Source: a virus
Lineage: Duplodnaviria; Heunggongvirae; Uroviricota; Caudoviricetes
Length of the DNA: 22,381 nt
IMG/VR virus record: IMGVR_UViG_3300006204_000424
Span: 1-22,381 of that record
Direction: 5' to 3' (one strand)
This document shows, piece by piece, positions 1 through 9,108 of this stretch (its first letter is position 1; each line of letters starts with the position of its first letter). A program made the position numbers and the translations under genes. Under the pieces are notes generated by a model. That model did no database searches and had not been told where the DNA came from. It saw nothing but the letters and a program-made list of their open reading frames with translations.

Positions 1-1
1 A

Positions 2-490
2 ACGGATGAATATACCAAAAAATATGATGACTTATCAAAACGTATTGAAGATAAAATATGCCAAGGACTGAAATATGATCAAGAACGGTTGGAAAAAGAA
101 GAACTTGACAGGTTAATAAAGCAACGTTCTTTTCATATTGATGTAGCTTATATTAACACTACTTCCGATGACGTTGCGAGAATCGTCAAAATAGATAATG
201 CGTTCGTTATCAACTTATCAAAATCATTAGCCAAACAAATTTTTAACCCTGATGGAAGTTATAATTATGTTGTTATACATAAGATCCGTGAATTAATGGC
301 TCATGAGCTTGGACACATTGCGTTACACACAAGAGAGTTATTTTATATTAACAGTACTCAGGGTAGTAAATTAATTATAGACTCAGAAAAGGAAGAAGAA
401 GCAGATTTGTTTGGTAAGAATTTATTAAAGTTCAGAAAAATACGTAACGAAAGAGTCTATCACGATGGCGGTGCTCACAACAAATTTTAG
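2..490 (+). CDS. ImmA/IrrE-family (DUF955-like) zinc metallopeptidase, 5'-truncated by the window edge
   Basis: HExxH motif (MAHELGHIALH) plus downstream E-x-E-A-D/N motif (EEEADLFG). The frame is open from base 2, so the TTG at 89 is not necessarily the start. Confidence 0.8.
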   Translation, partial: TDEYTKKYDDLSKRIEDKICQGLKYDQERLEKEELDRLIKQRSFHIDVAYINTTSDDVARIVKIDNAFVINLSKSLAKQIFNPDGSYNYVVIHKIRELMAHELGHIALHTRELFYINSTQGSKLIIDSEKEEEADLFGKNLLKFRKIRNERVYHDGGAHNKF

Positions 491-494
491 TTTT

Positions 495-525
495 AAAAGG
501 TAATGGTTTAAGCCATTACCTTTTT
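495..525. terminator. Intrinsic terminator, probably bidirectional
   Basis: AAAAGGTAATGG / CCATTACCTTTT 12-bp inverted repeat right after the stop at 490, with A and T tracts on both sides. Confidence 0.85.
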
Positions 526-610
526 CTTAAAAGAATTGTTTCATTGGCAAAATTAATTTTAAATTATGAAAGTTTTATATATATTTTATCCCCCCATTTT
601 CTTTTCTAAA

Positions 611-639
611 TTGACATTAATATCCAAAAGTATTATTAT
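611..639 (+). promoter_or_regulatory. Sigma-A/70-type promoter
   Basis: TTGACA (611-616), 17-nt spacer, TATTAT (634-639). Confidence 0.7.
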
Positions 640-722
640 GATTATGAAACCAATTAGTTTTAAATTTAAATAAAAGAAAGGGGATTAATCCAATTTCACT
701 TTATATTGGATTATAAACAAAA

Positions 723-923
723 ATGAAAGATTTTGAGTATTATGTAAGAGATTCTAGTGGAAATCCAATTTATTTTGTTCAACATCACGAAAGTCATTCA
801 CATAATGGAATGTGTCCGCATGAACATTGGATTGATCTTAGGGATGCGCCTATGGGAAGTGTTTGTAAAGGTGGAAATTTTAATGATTATCGTCAAGATG
901 TAAGACCTGCGAATTGGGCATAA
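723..923 (+). CDS. Small His-rich hypothetical protein (moron-like)
   Basis: 66-aa ORF containing HHESHSHNGMCPHEHW, between a promoter and a terminator. Its ribosome-binding site is weak. Confidence 0.5.
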   Translation: MKDFEYYVRDSSGNPIYFVQHHESHSHNGMCPHEHWIDLRDAPMGSVCKGGNFNDYRQDVRPANWA

Positions 924-948
924 AGTAAACAATAGTATTATAATAAGC

Positions 949-983
949 AAAAGGCAGCTGTGAATTTCACGGCTGTCTTTTTT
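949..983 (+). terminator. Intrinsic terminator
   Basis: AAAGGCAGCTGTG-aattt-CACGGCTGTCTTT stem (two G-U pairs) followed by a T tract. Confidence 0.8.
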
Positions 984-1011
984 ATTTTGAAAATGAAAGG
1001 ATGGTGGCAAC

Positions 1012-2223
1012 ATGCCAAGAAAAAAATCACAATCATCTGGCAATAAACCGTTGCCAGCCAATCAGCAAAAAGGGAAAAAGGTATGCACCTGCTGTCATGA
1101 GGAAAAGAATTTAACAGACTTCTATTATAGCAGCTCCCCTATGTACTCTCTTGATGAACGCATACCCGTTTGCAAAGAATGTTGCAAGACTTCTGTTCTG
1201 TCAGAGGACGGAAAAATTGATTTTGATAAATTTAAGGACTTGCTGAGAAATATTGATAAGCCACTGTATTTTGACCTACTCTTCTCTTCTGAAGAATCTG
1301 TAAAGAAAGAAAATAGTTATCTGAGTGATGAAGAGGTTTCACTTCATGGATATGAGATATTGCAAAAGTATTTCACGCTGGTAGCGATGAGACAGGATAA
1401 GGCGAAGTCGTACTCTGATGCAGAAAAAGAAGGATTCATTCACCAAAACAGTAATCGTACTAAAAGGGAAAAAGATGAAATTCTAAATAGATATTCTCAT
1501 TTGATTAATCAGTGTTTGCAAAATAATAAAGTTCAACATGTGTCTAAACAAAATCAAAACAAACACTATTCAAATGTTGATAATTTTGAAGTTACAGATA
1601 ATATAAAAGATTTGTTTGGAGATGGATATACTACTGTAGAATATAAAAAAATGTATGAGAAATACGAGAAACTTAAACTCAATTACACCTTACAAACGAA
1701 TTTGCACCAAGAGGCTCTTGCAACTTATGTTCGTTTTAAGGTAAAGGAAGAAATGGCTACTGCTGCTGGTAATGTAGATGAAGCTAAAAAATGGTATGAC
1801 GCAGCACAGAACGCGGCATCAAACGGGAAATTAACACCAAAACAATTATCTGCCGCCGATCTACAAAAAGGAGTAAATAGCTTTAGTGAATTAACATTAG
1901 CAATTGAGCAAGCAACAGATGTAATCAATATATTGCCAAAATATAAGACTCAACCACATGATGCTCCAGATTTTAATATTTATTGTTATATAAGTTACGC
2001 ACGAAAACTAAAAGGATTACCACCAATAGAATACAAAGATATTTACAAATTTTATGATGATAAAATGGAAGAATATCTGAGACAGTATGGCGATCCAAAC
2101 GGTGTATTTACAGAAGCCAATGACACTATGTTAAAAAACAGACCGAATATAGAAAAATTCATTGTATTGCCAAGCGATTACGATGACTTGTCAGATGAAA
2201 GCGAGGATGATGCAGATGAATGA
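1012..2223 (+). CDS. Putative terminase small subunit / packaging-associated protein with N-terminal zinc finger
   Basis: 403 aa with CxxC...CxxC (CTCC...CKEC) and an acidic tail. RBS AAGGA; the stop overlaps the start of the large terminase. Function is inferred from position. Confidence 0.55.
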   Translation: MPRKKSQSSGNKPLPANQQKGKKVCTCCHEEKNLTDFYYSSSPMYSLDERIPVCKECCKTSVLSEDGKIDFDKFKDLLRNIDKPLYFDLLFSSEESVKKENSYLSDEEVSLHGYEILQKYFTLVAMRQDKAKSYSDAEKEGFIHQNSNRTKREKDEILNRYSHLINQCLQNNKVQHVSKQNQNKHYSNVDNFEVTDNIKDLFGDGYTTVEYKKMYEKYEKLKLNYTLQTNLHQEALATYVRFKVKEEMATAAGNVDEAKKWYDAAQNAASNGKLTPKQLSAADLQKGVNSFSELTLAIEQATDVINILPKYKTQPHDAPDFNIYCYISYARKLKGLPPIEYKDIYKFYDDKMEEYLRQYGDPNGVFTEANDTMLKNRPNIEKFIVLPSDYDDLSDESEDDADE

Positions 2224-3934
2224 TTTTCATTTGATGACTGATGAGTCAATCAAGGAAAGAATACTTGCTATACAAGATGATTCTGTATTTGGAAAAAACT
2301 TATATAACTACTATGAATTTATAAGCTGGGCAAGATGGTACCCAGATTTGTTCATAGACTTATTGCGCACTGAAAAAAGTAACTTCAATATGCATTTTGA
2401 TCAAAGAGTTTTTTTGAGGTCGGATGTACGATTCATGAATATGTATGGCACATTCAGTCGTGGATATGCCAAAACATTTAATGAAGTCTTATCTTGTGTT
2501 ATAGTTGCTATTCTCTTTCCACAAATTGAACTTGCAATTTCGGCTCAGACGAAAGAAAATGCAGCAGATTTATTAAAATCTAAGTTCAATGAAATCAGAA
2601 ACAAATTCCCTCTTATTGAGAACGAATTAGAAAAAGAACCTAAATTTATCAAAGGCGATGCATTAATTCAGTTTAAAAACGGAAGTTCTATAGATGCTAT
2701 TGCAAATGCACAGACAACCAAAGGGCAAAGACGAAGAAGATTAAAAATTGAAGAAGCTGCTCTTTTAAATAACGAACTATATCAAGATGCTCTTGAACCT
2801 GTAACAGAGGTTCCTAGATACACCGTAGGAAAAATGGCTCTTGTCGATCCACAAGAATTAAATCAACAAATACATTTCTTTACCACATCTGGTTTCCGTG
2901 GTTCTGACGAATACCAACGCTCTATAGATATGTATGACAATATGTGTGAATTAAAAGGTCAAATCGTTCTTGGTGCAAGTTGGATGTTGCCATGTTGGTA
3001 CGGTAGAGGTAGTAACAAAAGTCAGATATTAAGAAAAAAAAGTACCTCCTCTCCAATTGCTTTTGCACAAAACTATGAGCAAGAGTGGGTTGGTTCTTCA
3101 GACGGTGCGTTAGTTGATATAAATAAATTAATGAATTGCCGGACATTGACTACACCAATGATTAATTTCAATAAATTAGACGAAGAATTTTATCTTGGGG
3201 TTGACGTTGCTCGTAGCCAGAAAGCAACAAACAATCAGTCTTCTATTGCAATTGGACGAGTTATAAGAAATAAAGAATCAAACAGGATTGTATCTATTGA
3301 AATTCCAAATATTATGACAGTATCTAATGCAATGAACTTTTCAGCACAGGCATGTTTGGTGAAAAAGACCAAAAAGAATTTCCTAGCAAAAGCAGTTATT
3401 GCAGATGGGAATGGATTGGGTGCAGGATTGATAGATGAGTTGTTAAAGGAATCTTATGATCCGATTACTGGAGAGTATCTTGGATGTTGGAATACAATGA
3501 ACACCGATAACCAACCAGAGGTTAGAGATGCCGAAAAATGCTTGTTTGATATGAAAGCACAGCATTTTCAGAGTAAAGTAGTTGCAGATTTTATAGATGC
3601 TGTTGAAAGTGGCAAATTAAAGTTACTTGAAAAAAAACAAGACACAGATTTTTCTCCTAAAGATAAACAAAATATGGATTTACGAGTATTACCATACATA
3701 CAAACTGATTTATTATTTGAAGAGATAGCAAATTTGAAATTAAAGCATATGACAAATGGTGCTTTATCTGTAGAAAAGGTCGTGAAAAAAGTAGACAAAG
3801 ACCGTTTTTCTGCATTAAGTTATCTGATATTTTATATTACAGAATATTGTAGTGCTATTAAATCCAAAAACTCTAATAATTGCAAAAATATCCTATCAAT
3901 GGCACGTAGACCATCTATAGTAAGATCATACTAA
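2216..3934 (+). CDS. terL: Terminase large subunit
   Basis: Walker A-like SRGYAKT, Walker B-like LKIEEAA, coupling motif FFTTS, RNase H-like nuclease acids (GVDVAR, ADGNGLG, DKDRFSAL). Start moved from TTG 2162 to ATG 2216, 9 nt after GAGG. Confidence 0.92.
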   Translation: MNDFHLMTDESIKERILAIQDDSVFGKNLYNYYEFISWARWYPDLFIDLLRTEKSNFNMHFDQRVFLRSDVRFMNMYGTFSRGYAKTFNEVLSCVIVAILFPQIELAISAQTKENAADLLKSKFNEIRNKFPLIENELEKEPKFIKGDALIQFKNGSSIDAIANAQTTKGQRRRRLKIEEAALLNNELYQDALEPVTEVPRYTVGKMALVDPQELNQQIHFFTTSGFRGSDEYQRSIDMYDNMCELKGQIVLGASWMLPCWYGRGSNKSQILRKKSTSSPIAFAQNYEQEWVGSSDGALVDINKLMNCRTLTTPMINFNKLDEEFYLGVDVARSQKATNNQSSIAIGRVIRNKESNRIVSIEIPNIMTVSNAMNFSAQACLVKKTKKNFLAKAVIADGNGLGAGLIDELLKESYDPITGEYLGCWNTMNTDNQPEVRDAEKCLFDMKAQHFQSKVVADFIDAVESGKLKLLEKKQDTDFSPKDKQNMDLRVLPYIQTDLLFEEIANLKLKHMTNGALSVEKVVKKVDKDRFSALSYLIFYITEYCSAIKSKNSNNCKNILSMARRPSIVRSY

Positions 3935-3971
3935 ATTTTCACAAGTCACAAAACGGAAGAAGGTGAGATAA

Positions 3972-5537
3972 ATAAGTACAGAAAAAAATAAATCTGAATC
4001 ATCTACTATAACTGATGAGCAAGCATCTAAAATATACAATTCAGATAAGCAAGCATTTGATAATTTTACATCTAGCAAAACAAAATCTATGGATTTTGCA
4101 GTCATTAAACGATTGGTATTATCAGAACTTGCTTTAAATAAATCTATTCGTCCACAACGTATCTGCGGATTTTCAAGACAGCAAATTTTAAATATGTGCC
4201 AATATCCAGAACGATATGGAACACAGATATTAAAGTTAATGGATTATATGTATCAGAAATCAGGATATATGAGAAGACTCATAGATTATTTCTCTAACAT
4301 GCCTAAGTTGAATTACTATATAGATAAAGAAATTACAGATATGTCTTTTCTTAAGGTAAATGAAAATACATATAAAAAAACCTTTATAAAGTTTGCTTCT
4401 CAAGCAAGTAAATTTAATTTAGGAAATAATATTCACGACATCACAAAAAGAATGTATCTAAATGATGCTTGTTTTGCATTTGTTATAGAAACTGACTTAG
4501 ATATATCTTATTTTTTCCTTGACCCTAGATATTGTGAAATTAGAAAAATCGTAAATGGAAATGTATATGAATTTGCCATAAATAGAAGTCTTTTATCCAA
4601 TGCATATTATGACACTCTTCCATCTGAATTACAAAATCTATTGAAGCAATCAAAAAACATATCTTTAAATAATCTCGTAGATATTCCCTATGAAAATGGA
4701 TTTTGTATAAAATATAACAGCAATTTTCTTCATCTGTTTCCACCGTTTTTTCCAATGATTGCGGATATTCTTTTGATTGATGAATATAAGGATTTGGCAA
4801 AAAGCAAAGCTGTGAATGATGCGTATAAATTGTTGGTACTTCCTGTTCCGATGAAAGACGGTGAAGTAACTATGGATGATGGTATGCTTACTCCCTATGT
4901 GGAAACCGCTCTTAATGTCGTACAGGAAAATATCGGAGTACTACCCTATCCTGGAGAAGTTAAGTCAGTAGAATTTTCATCAAGTAATTCTGATGATAGA
5001 GATAAAGTTGCAGATGCTACTACTCAAATGTATGCAAATCAAGGTGTTAGTGAAGCCCTTATGTCGGGTGCTTCAAGTGGATCAGAATTAAAATTGTCAA
5101 TCACAAATGATAGTGCTGATATTTTTAGAATTTATCGTATGTTAGAAAATTGGATGAGTTTGCAAATGAAACTGCGCAAATACATTTATCCTTCATATCA
5201 GTTTGTTTATAAAATATTAGATATAACTATTTTCAACGAAGCAGATGTAATCAATCGGGAATTAAAATTAGCACAGGCAAGCGCACCAAATAAAGAGCGA
5301 TTATGCGCAGCTAGTGGTATATCTCCTTCTGCTATGATTGGAAACACAGTACATGAAGGTAAGATGTTCAAAGATATTTTTGATTTGTGGAATCCACTGA
5401 AATCATCATATACAACTTCTGCTTCTGGAGATAAATCTGATGATGGAGGCAGACCCACTATGGACGATAGAGATTTGAGTGCTGCAGGTGAAGTAACTCG
5501 TGAGAACGATACAAATGATCCTGATAATCGCATATAG
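3972..5537 (+). CDS. Portal protein
   Basis: About 480-520 aa directly after the terminase and before the protease. First ATG is 4089, but the frame is open from an ATA at 3972, 5 nt after AAGGTGA and right after an in-frame TAA. Confidence 0.8.
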   Translation: MSTEKNKSESSTITDEQASKIYNSDKQAFDNFTSSKTKSMDFAVIKRLVLSELALNKSIRPQRICGFSRQQILNMCQYPERYGTQILKLMDYMYQKSGYMRRLIDYFSNMPKLNYYIDKEITDMSFLKVNENTYKKTFIKFASQASKFNLGNNIHDITKRMYLNDACFAFVIETDLDISYFFLDPRYCEIRKIVNGNVYEFAINRSLLSNAYYDTLPSELQNLLKQSKNISLNNLVDIPYENGFCIKYNSNFLHLFPPFFPMIADILLIDEYKDLAKSKAVNDAYKLLVLPVPMKDGEVTMDDGMLTPYVETALNVVQENIGVLPYPGEVKSVEFSSSNSDDRDKVADATTQMYANQGVSEALMSGASSGSELKLSITNDSADIFRIYRMLENWMSLQMKLRKYIYPSYQFVYKILDITIFNEADVINRELKLAQASAPNKERLCAASGISPSAMIGNTVHEGKMFKDIFDLWNPLKSSYTTSASGDKSDDGGRPTMDDRDLSAAGEVTRENDTNDPDNRI

Positions 5538-5552
5538 AAAGCTGGTGTATAT

Positions 5553-5741
5553 ATGAATATTGTTTATGTATTTGACAAGGCTAAAGCAGATTATCTACAT
5601 AGTCTTGGATTTATATATAATGAAAAAGAAATTGATAATAAAAAAGCATATCAGTTTTTTGGAACAGATGAATTTATGAAATCACTCACTTCAAATTATG
5701 AACAGAGTGATTTTTTAGTGTCAAAAAATATGTGCTTTTAG
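5553..5741 (+). CDS. Small hypothetical protein (DUF5659-like pattern)
   Basis: 62-aa ORF filling the portal-protease gap, with a GGTG RBS and a helix-LxxxG-strand-strand(YxF)-helix pattern. Confidence 0.65.
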   Translation: MNIVYVFDKAKADYLHSLGFIYNEKEIDNKKAYQFFGTDEFMKSLTSNYEQSDFLVSKNMCF

Positions 5742-5753
5742 AAAGGAGAAATA

Positions 5754-7175
5754 TTGGATAATAAGTTATTTAGATATAATACTGAAATAAAAATTGTTCA
5801 GTCAAGTATTAAAAAACTCAATCCACAATTCAGTCTTTGTGATGTTCTTGTCTGCTATCACGGCGATAATCGCAACATGACTTCTCTCCCCAAAAAGGTA
5901 ATTGAAGATAATTTGTATTCTATTTATGGAATTCCTATTGTCGGAGAATGGATTTATAAATTAGATGGAACCGATGAAAAGTCGTGGGGATCTCATGGTG
6001 GGCGAATTATTTTAGATGATAAGGGTATCCATTTTGAACAGACAACAAAACCTTTTGGATTCGTTTCTAAAGAAGCTGCTGATAACGCTTCCTGGATTAC
6101 GATTACTGAAAAAGATGGACATACAAAAAACGAATATTTGAAATTGTCTGGATGTATCCTTTGGACTGACAGATATGAAGAATCTAAAACGATTTTGGAT
6201 GATAATTTCGGGCAAAGCATGGAAATAGAATTCAAGAAGGGACATTATCGTGATGATCATTACTATGAAGCAGAAGAGTTTATCTTTTCTGCTCTTTGTA
6301 TTTTAGGGACTGATTGTGAACCATGTTTTGAATCTGCTTGTATTAGCAGACATTATGAACTTGATTCTTTCAAAAAAGAGTTTTCTCTTATGCTTGATGA
6401 ATATAGAAAATCAACAACCAAACCAAATAAGGAGGAAAAGAAATTCATGGATTTAAAGAAATTTACAGAAATTCTTTCAACCGTGAAAATTGGTGAATCC
6501 GATGTTTGTAAATACAGACTTTTGAATGTAACAGATTCTAAAGTATTTGCTTTAGATATGGAAAATTATAAACCTTATGGTTTTGACTATGCAGTTACAA
6601 ACGAAACCGATGTTGAAAATATTGTGATTGACTTTAATTCAAAGGTTGAAATGTCTTTGTCTGCTACAGATAAAATTACAGATGAAAATTTTGAGGAATT
6701 TGATATTAAATCTGTTATTGATACTACTGCTGCTTCTATGGCAGAGACAAAGACAAAAGAAAATACTTCTATTTTAGAAACTGAATTTAATAACAAAATG
6801 GAAGAAATGAAAACAGCATATGAGGACGTATCGAATAGTTATTCTGTTGCTATGAAAAAAATTGAAGAATATGAAGCAAAAGAAAATGAAGCAAAAGCGG
6901 AACAACACAAAGCTGATATTGATGCTCTATTTGAAAAGTATTCTGAAAAACTTGGTAAGTGTGCAGAATTTCTTGTTTATAAAGCAAAGATTAACCCTGC
7001 AGATGTAACACTGGATGAAGTATCAGAAAAACTTACTCTTATGGTAGGTAAATTCACTATGGATTCTGCCACAAAGAAGAATTTCTCTTATAATCCCACT
7101 GAAGCAGGTGTTGCTGGTAAGCGAAATGAAACAAATAACAAATATGGTCATTTACTTGACAAATATATGAAATAA
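5754..7175 (+). CDS. Prohead protease-scaffold fusion
   Basis: TTG start after AAAGGAG. Globular N-terminal domain (IPIVGE, HGG, FSALCILG..EPCFE) and an acidic coiled-coil C-terminal half. Lies between portal and capsid genes. Confidence 0.75.
   Translation: MDNKLFRYNTEIKIVQSSIKKLNPQFSLCDVLVCYHGDNRNMTSLPKKVIEDNLYSIYGIPIVGEWIYKLDGTDEKSWGSHGGRIILDDKGIHFEQTTKPFGFVSKEAADNASWITITEKDGHTKNEYLKLSGCILWTDRYEESKTILDDNFGQSMEIEFKKGHYRDDHYYEAEEFIFSALCILGTDCEPCFESACISRHYELDSFKKEFSLMLDEYRKSTTKPNKEEKKFMDLKKFTEILSTVKIGESDVCKYRLLNVTDSKVFALDMENYKPYGFDYAVTNETDVENIVIDFNSKVEMSLSATDKITDENFEEFDIKSVIDTTAASMAETKTKENTSILETEFNNKMEEMKTAYEDVSNSYSVAMKKIEEYEAKENEAKAEQHKADIDALFEKYSEKLGKCAEFLVYKAKINPADVTLDEVSEKLTLMVGKFTMDSATKKNFSYNPTEAGVAGKRNETNNKYGHLLDKYMK
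6447..7175 (+). CDS. Probable nested scaffolding protein (internal in-frame start)
   Basis: TAAGGAGG at 6428-6435, 11 nt before an in-frame ATG at the domain boundary (KPNKEEKKF-M). Confidence 0.55.
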   Translation: MDLKKFTEILSTVKIGESDVCKYRLLNVTDSKVFALDMENYKPYGFDYAVTNETDVENIVIDFNSKVEMSLSATDKITDENFEEFDIKSVIDTTAASMAETKTKENTSILETEFNNKMEEMKTAYEDVSNSYSVAMKKIEEYEAKENEAKAEQHKADIDALFEKYSEKLGKCAEFLVYKAKINPADVTLDEVSEKLTLMVGKFTMDSATKKNFSYNPTEAGVAGKRNETNNKYGHLLDKYMK

Positions 7176-7191
7176 TCAGGAGGAAAAGATA

Positions 7192-7728
7192 ATGGCGAAA
7201 AATACTTATATGACAGTCGAAACAACCGCATTACATGGCTGCACTTGCTTTTCTTTGCAGTCCGCAAATGACATTCAAAACGGGGCAATCGTAGGTAAAG
7301 GCGATTTGGTTTCTGACGAGAAAAGCGTCTATACTGCGCTTGATACTTACTCAGATGACGCTATGTACCTAGTTGCCAATCCAGCATGGTCTTATAACGA
7401 TAATTCTATGACCGACCAAAATGAGGAAAATTTTATTAATAAAGCTGGCATTGCTTTTAGAGCATATGAACTGAAAAAGGATAGAAAATTTAAAGTTGGC
7501 AATCTACCGTCTACTGTTACTCTTGCAAAAGGAGATTTCGTAGAGTTCAAGGATGGGGTTTATGCAAAGGCTTCTGCTGACACAAAACTAAAAATTATTG
7601 ATATTGAAGAAATTGGATTCCCATATTGTATTGGCTCTGCTGGTGTAGTAATTACTGGTGATTCTACAAATGAATATGGATATGCAATTGATACAAGAAA
7701 TATTAAATACACTATCGAAGTACAGTAA
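7192..7728 (+). CDS. Putative capsid decoration / minor head protein
   Basis: 178 aa, beta-rich, strong RBS AGGAGG, directly before the major capsid gene. Confidence 0.55.
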   Translation: MAKNTYMTVETTALHGCTCFSLQSANDIQNGAIVGKGDLVSDEKSVYTALDTYSDDAMYLVANPAWSYNDNSMTDQNEENFINKAGIAFRAYELKKDRKFKVGNLPSTVTLAKGDFVEFKDGVYAKASADTKLKIIDIEEIGFPYCIGSAGVVITGDSTNEYGYAIDTRNIKYTIEVQ

Positions 7729-7750
7729 TAATTGAAGGAGGAATACATAA

Positions 7751-8767
7751 ATGGGTAATTATTTAAAAGATCTGACTGCATTGATGAATGACAGTCTCAC
7801 AAATAAGGTTGCTCTGTTTAATGCAGAGGCTTCTAAATATACTGATCAGGCGATTAGGGAAGCATTCTTTGAAATTCTCGGTGAGGATAAACTTACTTGG
7901 CAGAACTTCAGGAATCACAAAAATGAAATTTATACCGTTATCGAAACTGTTCTTTCTATTAATCTTCCTACCGCATGGGAAAACTCTCGATTCTATGACC
8001 AGTTTGTAGAAGTAAAGAATGGTGCATTAGGCGATAAGAATGAATTCGTTGTTGAGGATAATTCAATCCTTGTTGCTTCTCGTTTCTCTGGTAATCATTG
8101 GGATACTGACCGTCAGAAGTTACAGGGCAAGAAATCTTTCTCCGTATCTACTGAATGGATTTATCTGAGAGTTTATGACGAACTCGAAAGATTCTTAAAA
8201 GGTACTATTACTCTTCCTGAGATGATTGCAAAGTTACAGAAAGGCTTCCAGAATGAAATTGATTCCAGAATCTATGCTTCCTTCAATGGTATCGGCACTT
8301 ATCTTCCATCTGCCTTCCAGGAAAAAGGCTCTTATGACAGAGGACTTATGAATGACCTGATCCAGAGGGTACAGATTGCATCTCAGAAGGAAGTTGTTCT
8401 TGCTGGTACTAGAACTGCCCTAGCAAATATCTCCGAAGGAATCAATACTGCATGGATTGCGGATTCTCAGAAAGAGGAACTTGCTACCACTGGTGTTGTT
8501 GTTGAAAACATTGGTCTACCTGCAAAAGCTGTTATGATTCCTCAGACATTCCTTAGAGGTACATATGACTTTAAGGTTGATAACAATGTAATCCATGTAT
8601 TGCCTGCAAATTCAAAACTTGTAAAACTCTTCTATGAAGGTGACGTTCGTGCAAGAGATTTGTCTGAACAGGATACACATGATCAAACTGTAGACAGTCA
8701 GGTACAGGTAAAATTGGGAACAGGCGTTGTTTGTGATAATCTTACTGGTCGATATGAAATTGTCTAA
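7751..8767 (+). CDS. Major capsid protein
   Basis: 338 aa with RBS AAGGAGG, at the canonical position after the scaffold and followed by a terminator. Confidence 0.8.
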   Translation: MGNYLKDLTALMNDSLTNKVALFNAEASKYTDQAIREAFFEILGEDKLTWQNFRNHKNEIYTVIETVLSINLPTAWENSRFYDQFVEVKNGALGDKNEFVVEDNSILVASRFSGNHWDTDRQKLQGKKSFSVSTEWIYLRVYDELERFLKGTITLPEMIAKLQKGFQNEIDSRIYASFNGIGTYLPSAFQEKGSYDRGLMNDLIQRVQIASQKEVVLAGTRTALANISEGINTAWIADSQKEELATTGVVVENIGLPAKAVMIPQTFLRGTYDFKVDNNVIHVLPANSKLVKLFYEGDVRARDLSEQDTHDQTVDSQVQVKLGTGVVCDNLTGRYEIV

Positions 8768-8801
8768 TCAATAGAAGTAAATAAAATATACTAAAATTCG
8801 C

Positions 8802-8825
8802 TCACCTAACAATAGGTGATTTTTT
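8802..8825 (+). terminator. Intrinsic terminator after the capsid gene
   Basis: TCACCTA-acaa-TAGGTGA followed by T6. Confidence 0.65.
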
Positions 8826-8862
8826 ATTGCATATTTTAGGTGAGCATTTGATAGAGGTATAT

Positions 8863-9108
8863 ATGAGTGATAAAGAAAACAACATAAATACAAAGCATAG
8901 AGTTCCTTTTGACAGAGAATATGCAACAAGCTATAGATCAGAAGTCAAGTGGTTAGCAGGCCACGGAATCCGATATGAATTTGTTAAAGAAATAAATACT
9001 ATTTCAATATACAAATATAAAAAGAATTCTGCTCTATATTTTGCGCTAGGTGAATTCTATAAGTCTTTGGAAAGCAGAAATGTAAAAGATTTGGAGGAAA
9101 AGAACTAA
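8863..9108 (+). CDS. Small hypothetical protein (DUF5659-like pattern)
   Basis: ATG 8863 follows the RBS AGAGGT and is preferred over TTG 8827. The stop overlaps the next start. Confidence 0.65.
   Translation: MSDKENNINTKHRVPFDREYATSYRSEVKWLAGHGIRYEFVKEINTISIYKYKKNSALYFALGEFYKSLESRNVKDLEEKN

Noticed and set aside
586-685. Imperfect inverted repeat (ATCCCC..TTTTCTTTT / AAAAGAAAGGGGAT) around the 611 promoter as mobile-element ends
   Set aside because: Short, low-complexity, no target duplication or transposase. The right arm is explained as an RBS.
914-944. Promoter for the terminase operon (TATAAT at 939-944)
   Set aside because: No acceptable -35 at 16-18 nt spacing, and a terminator follows immediately.
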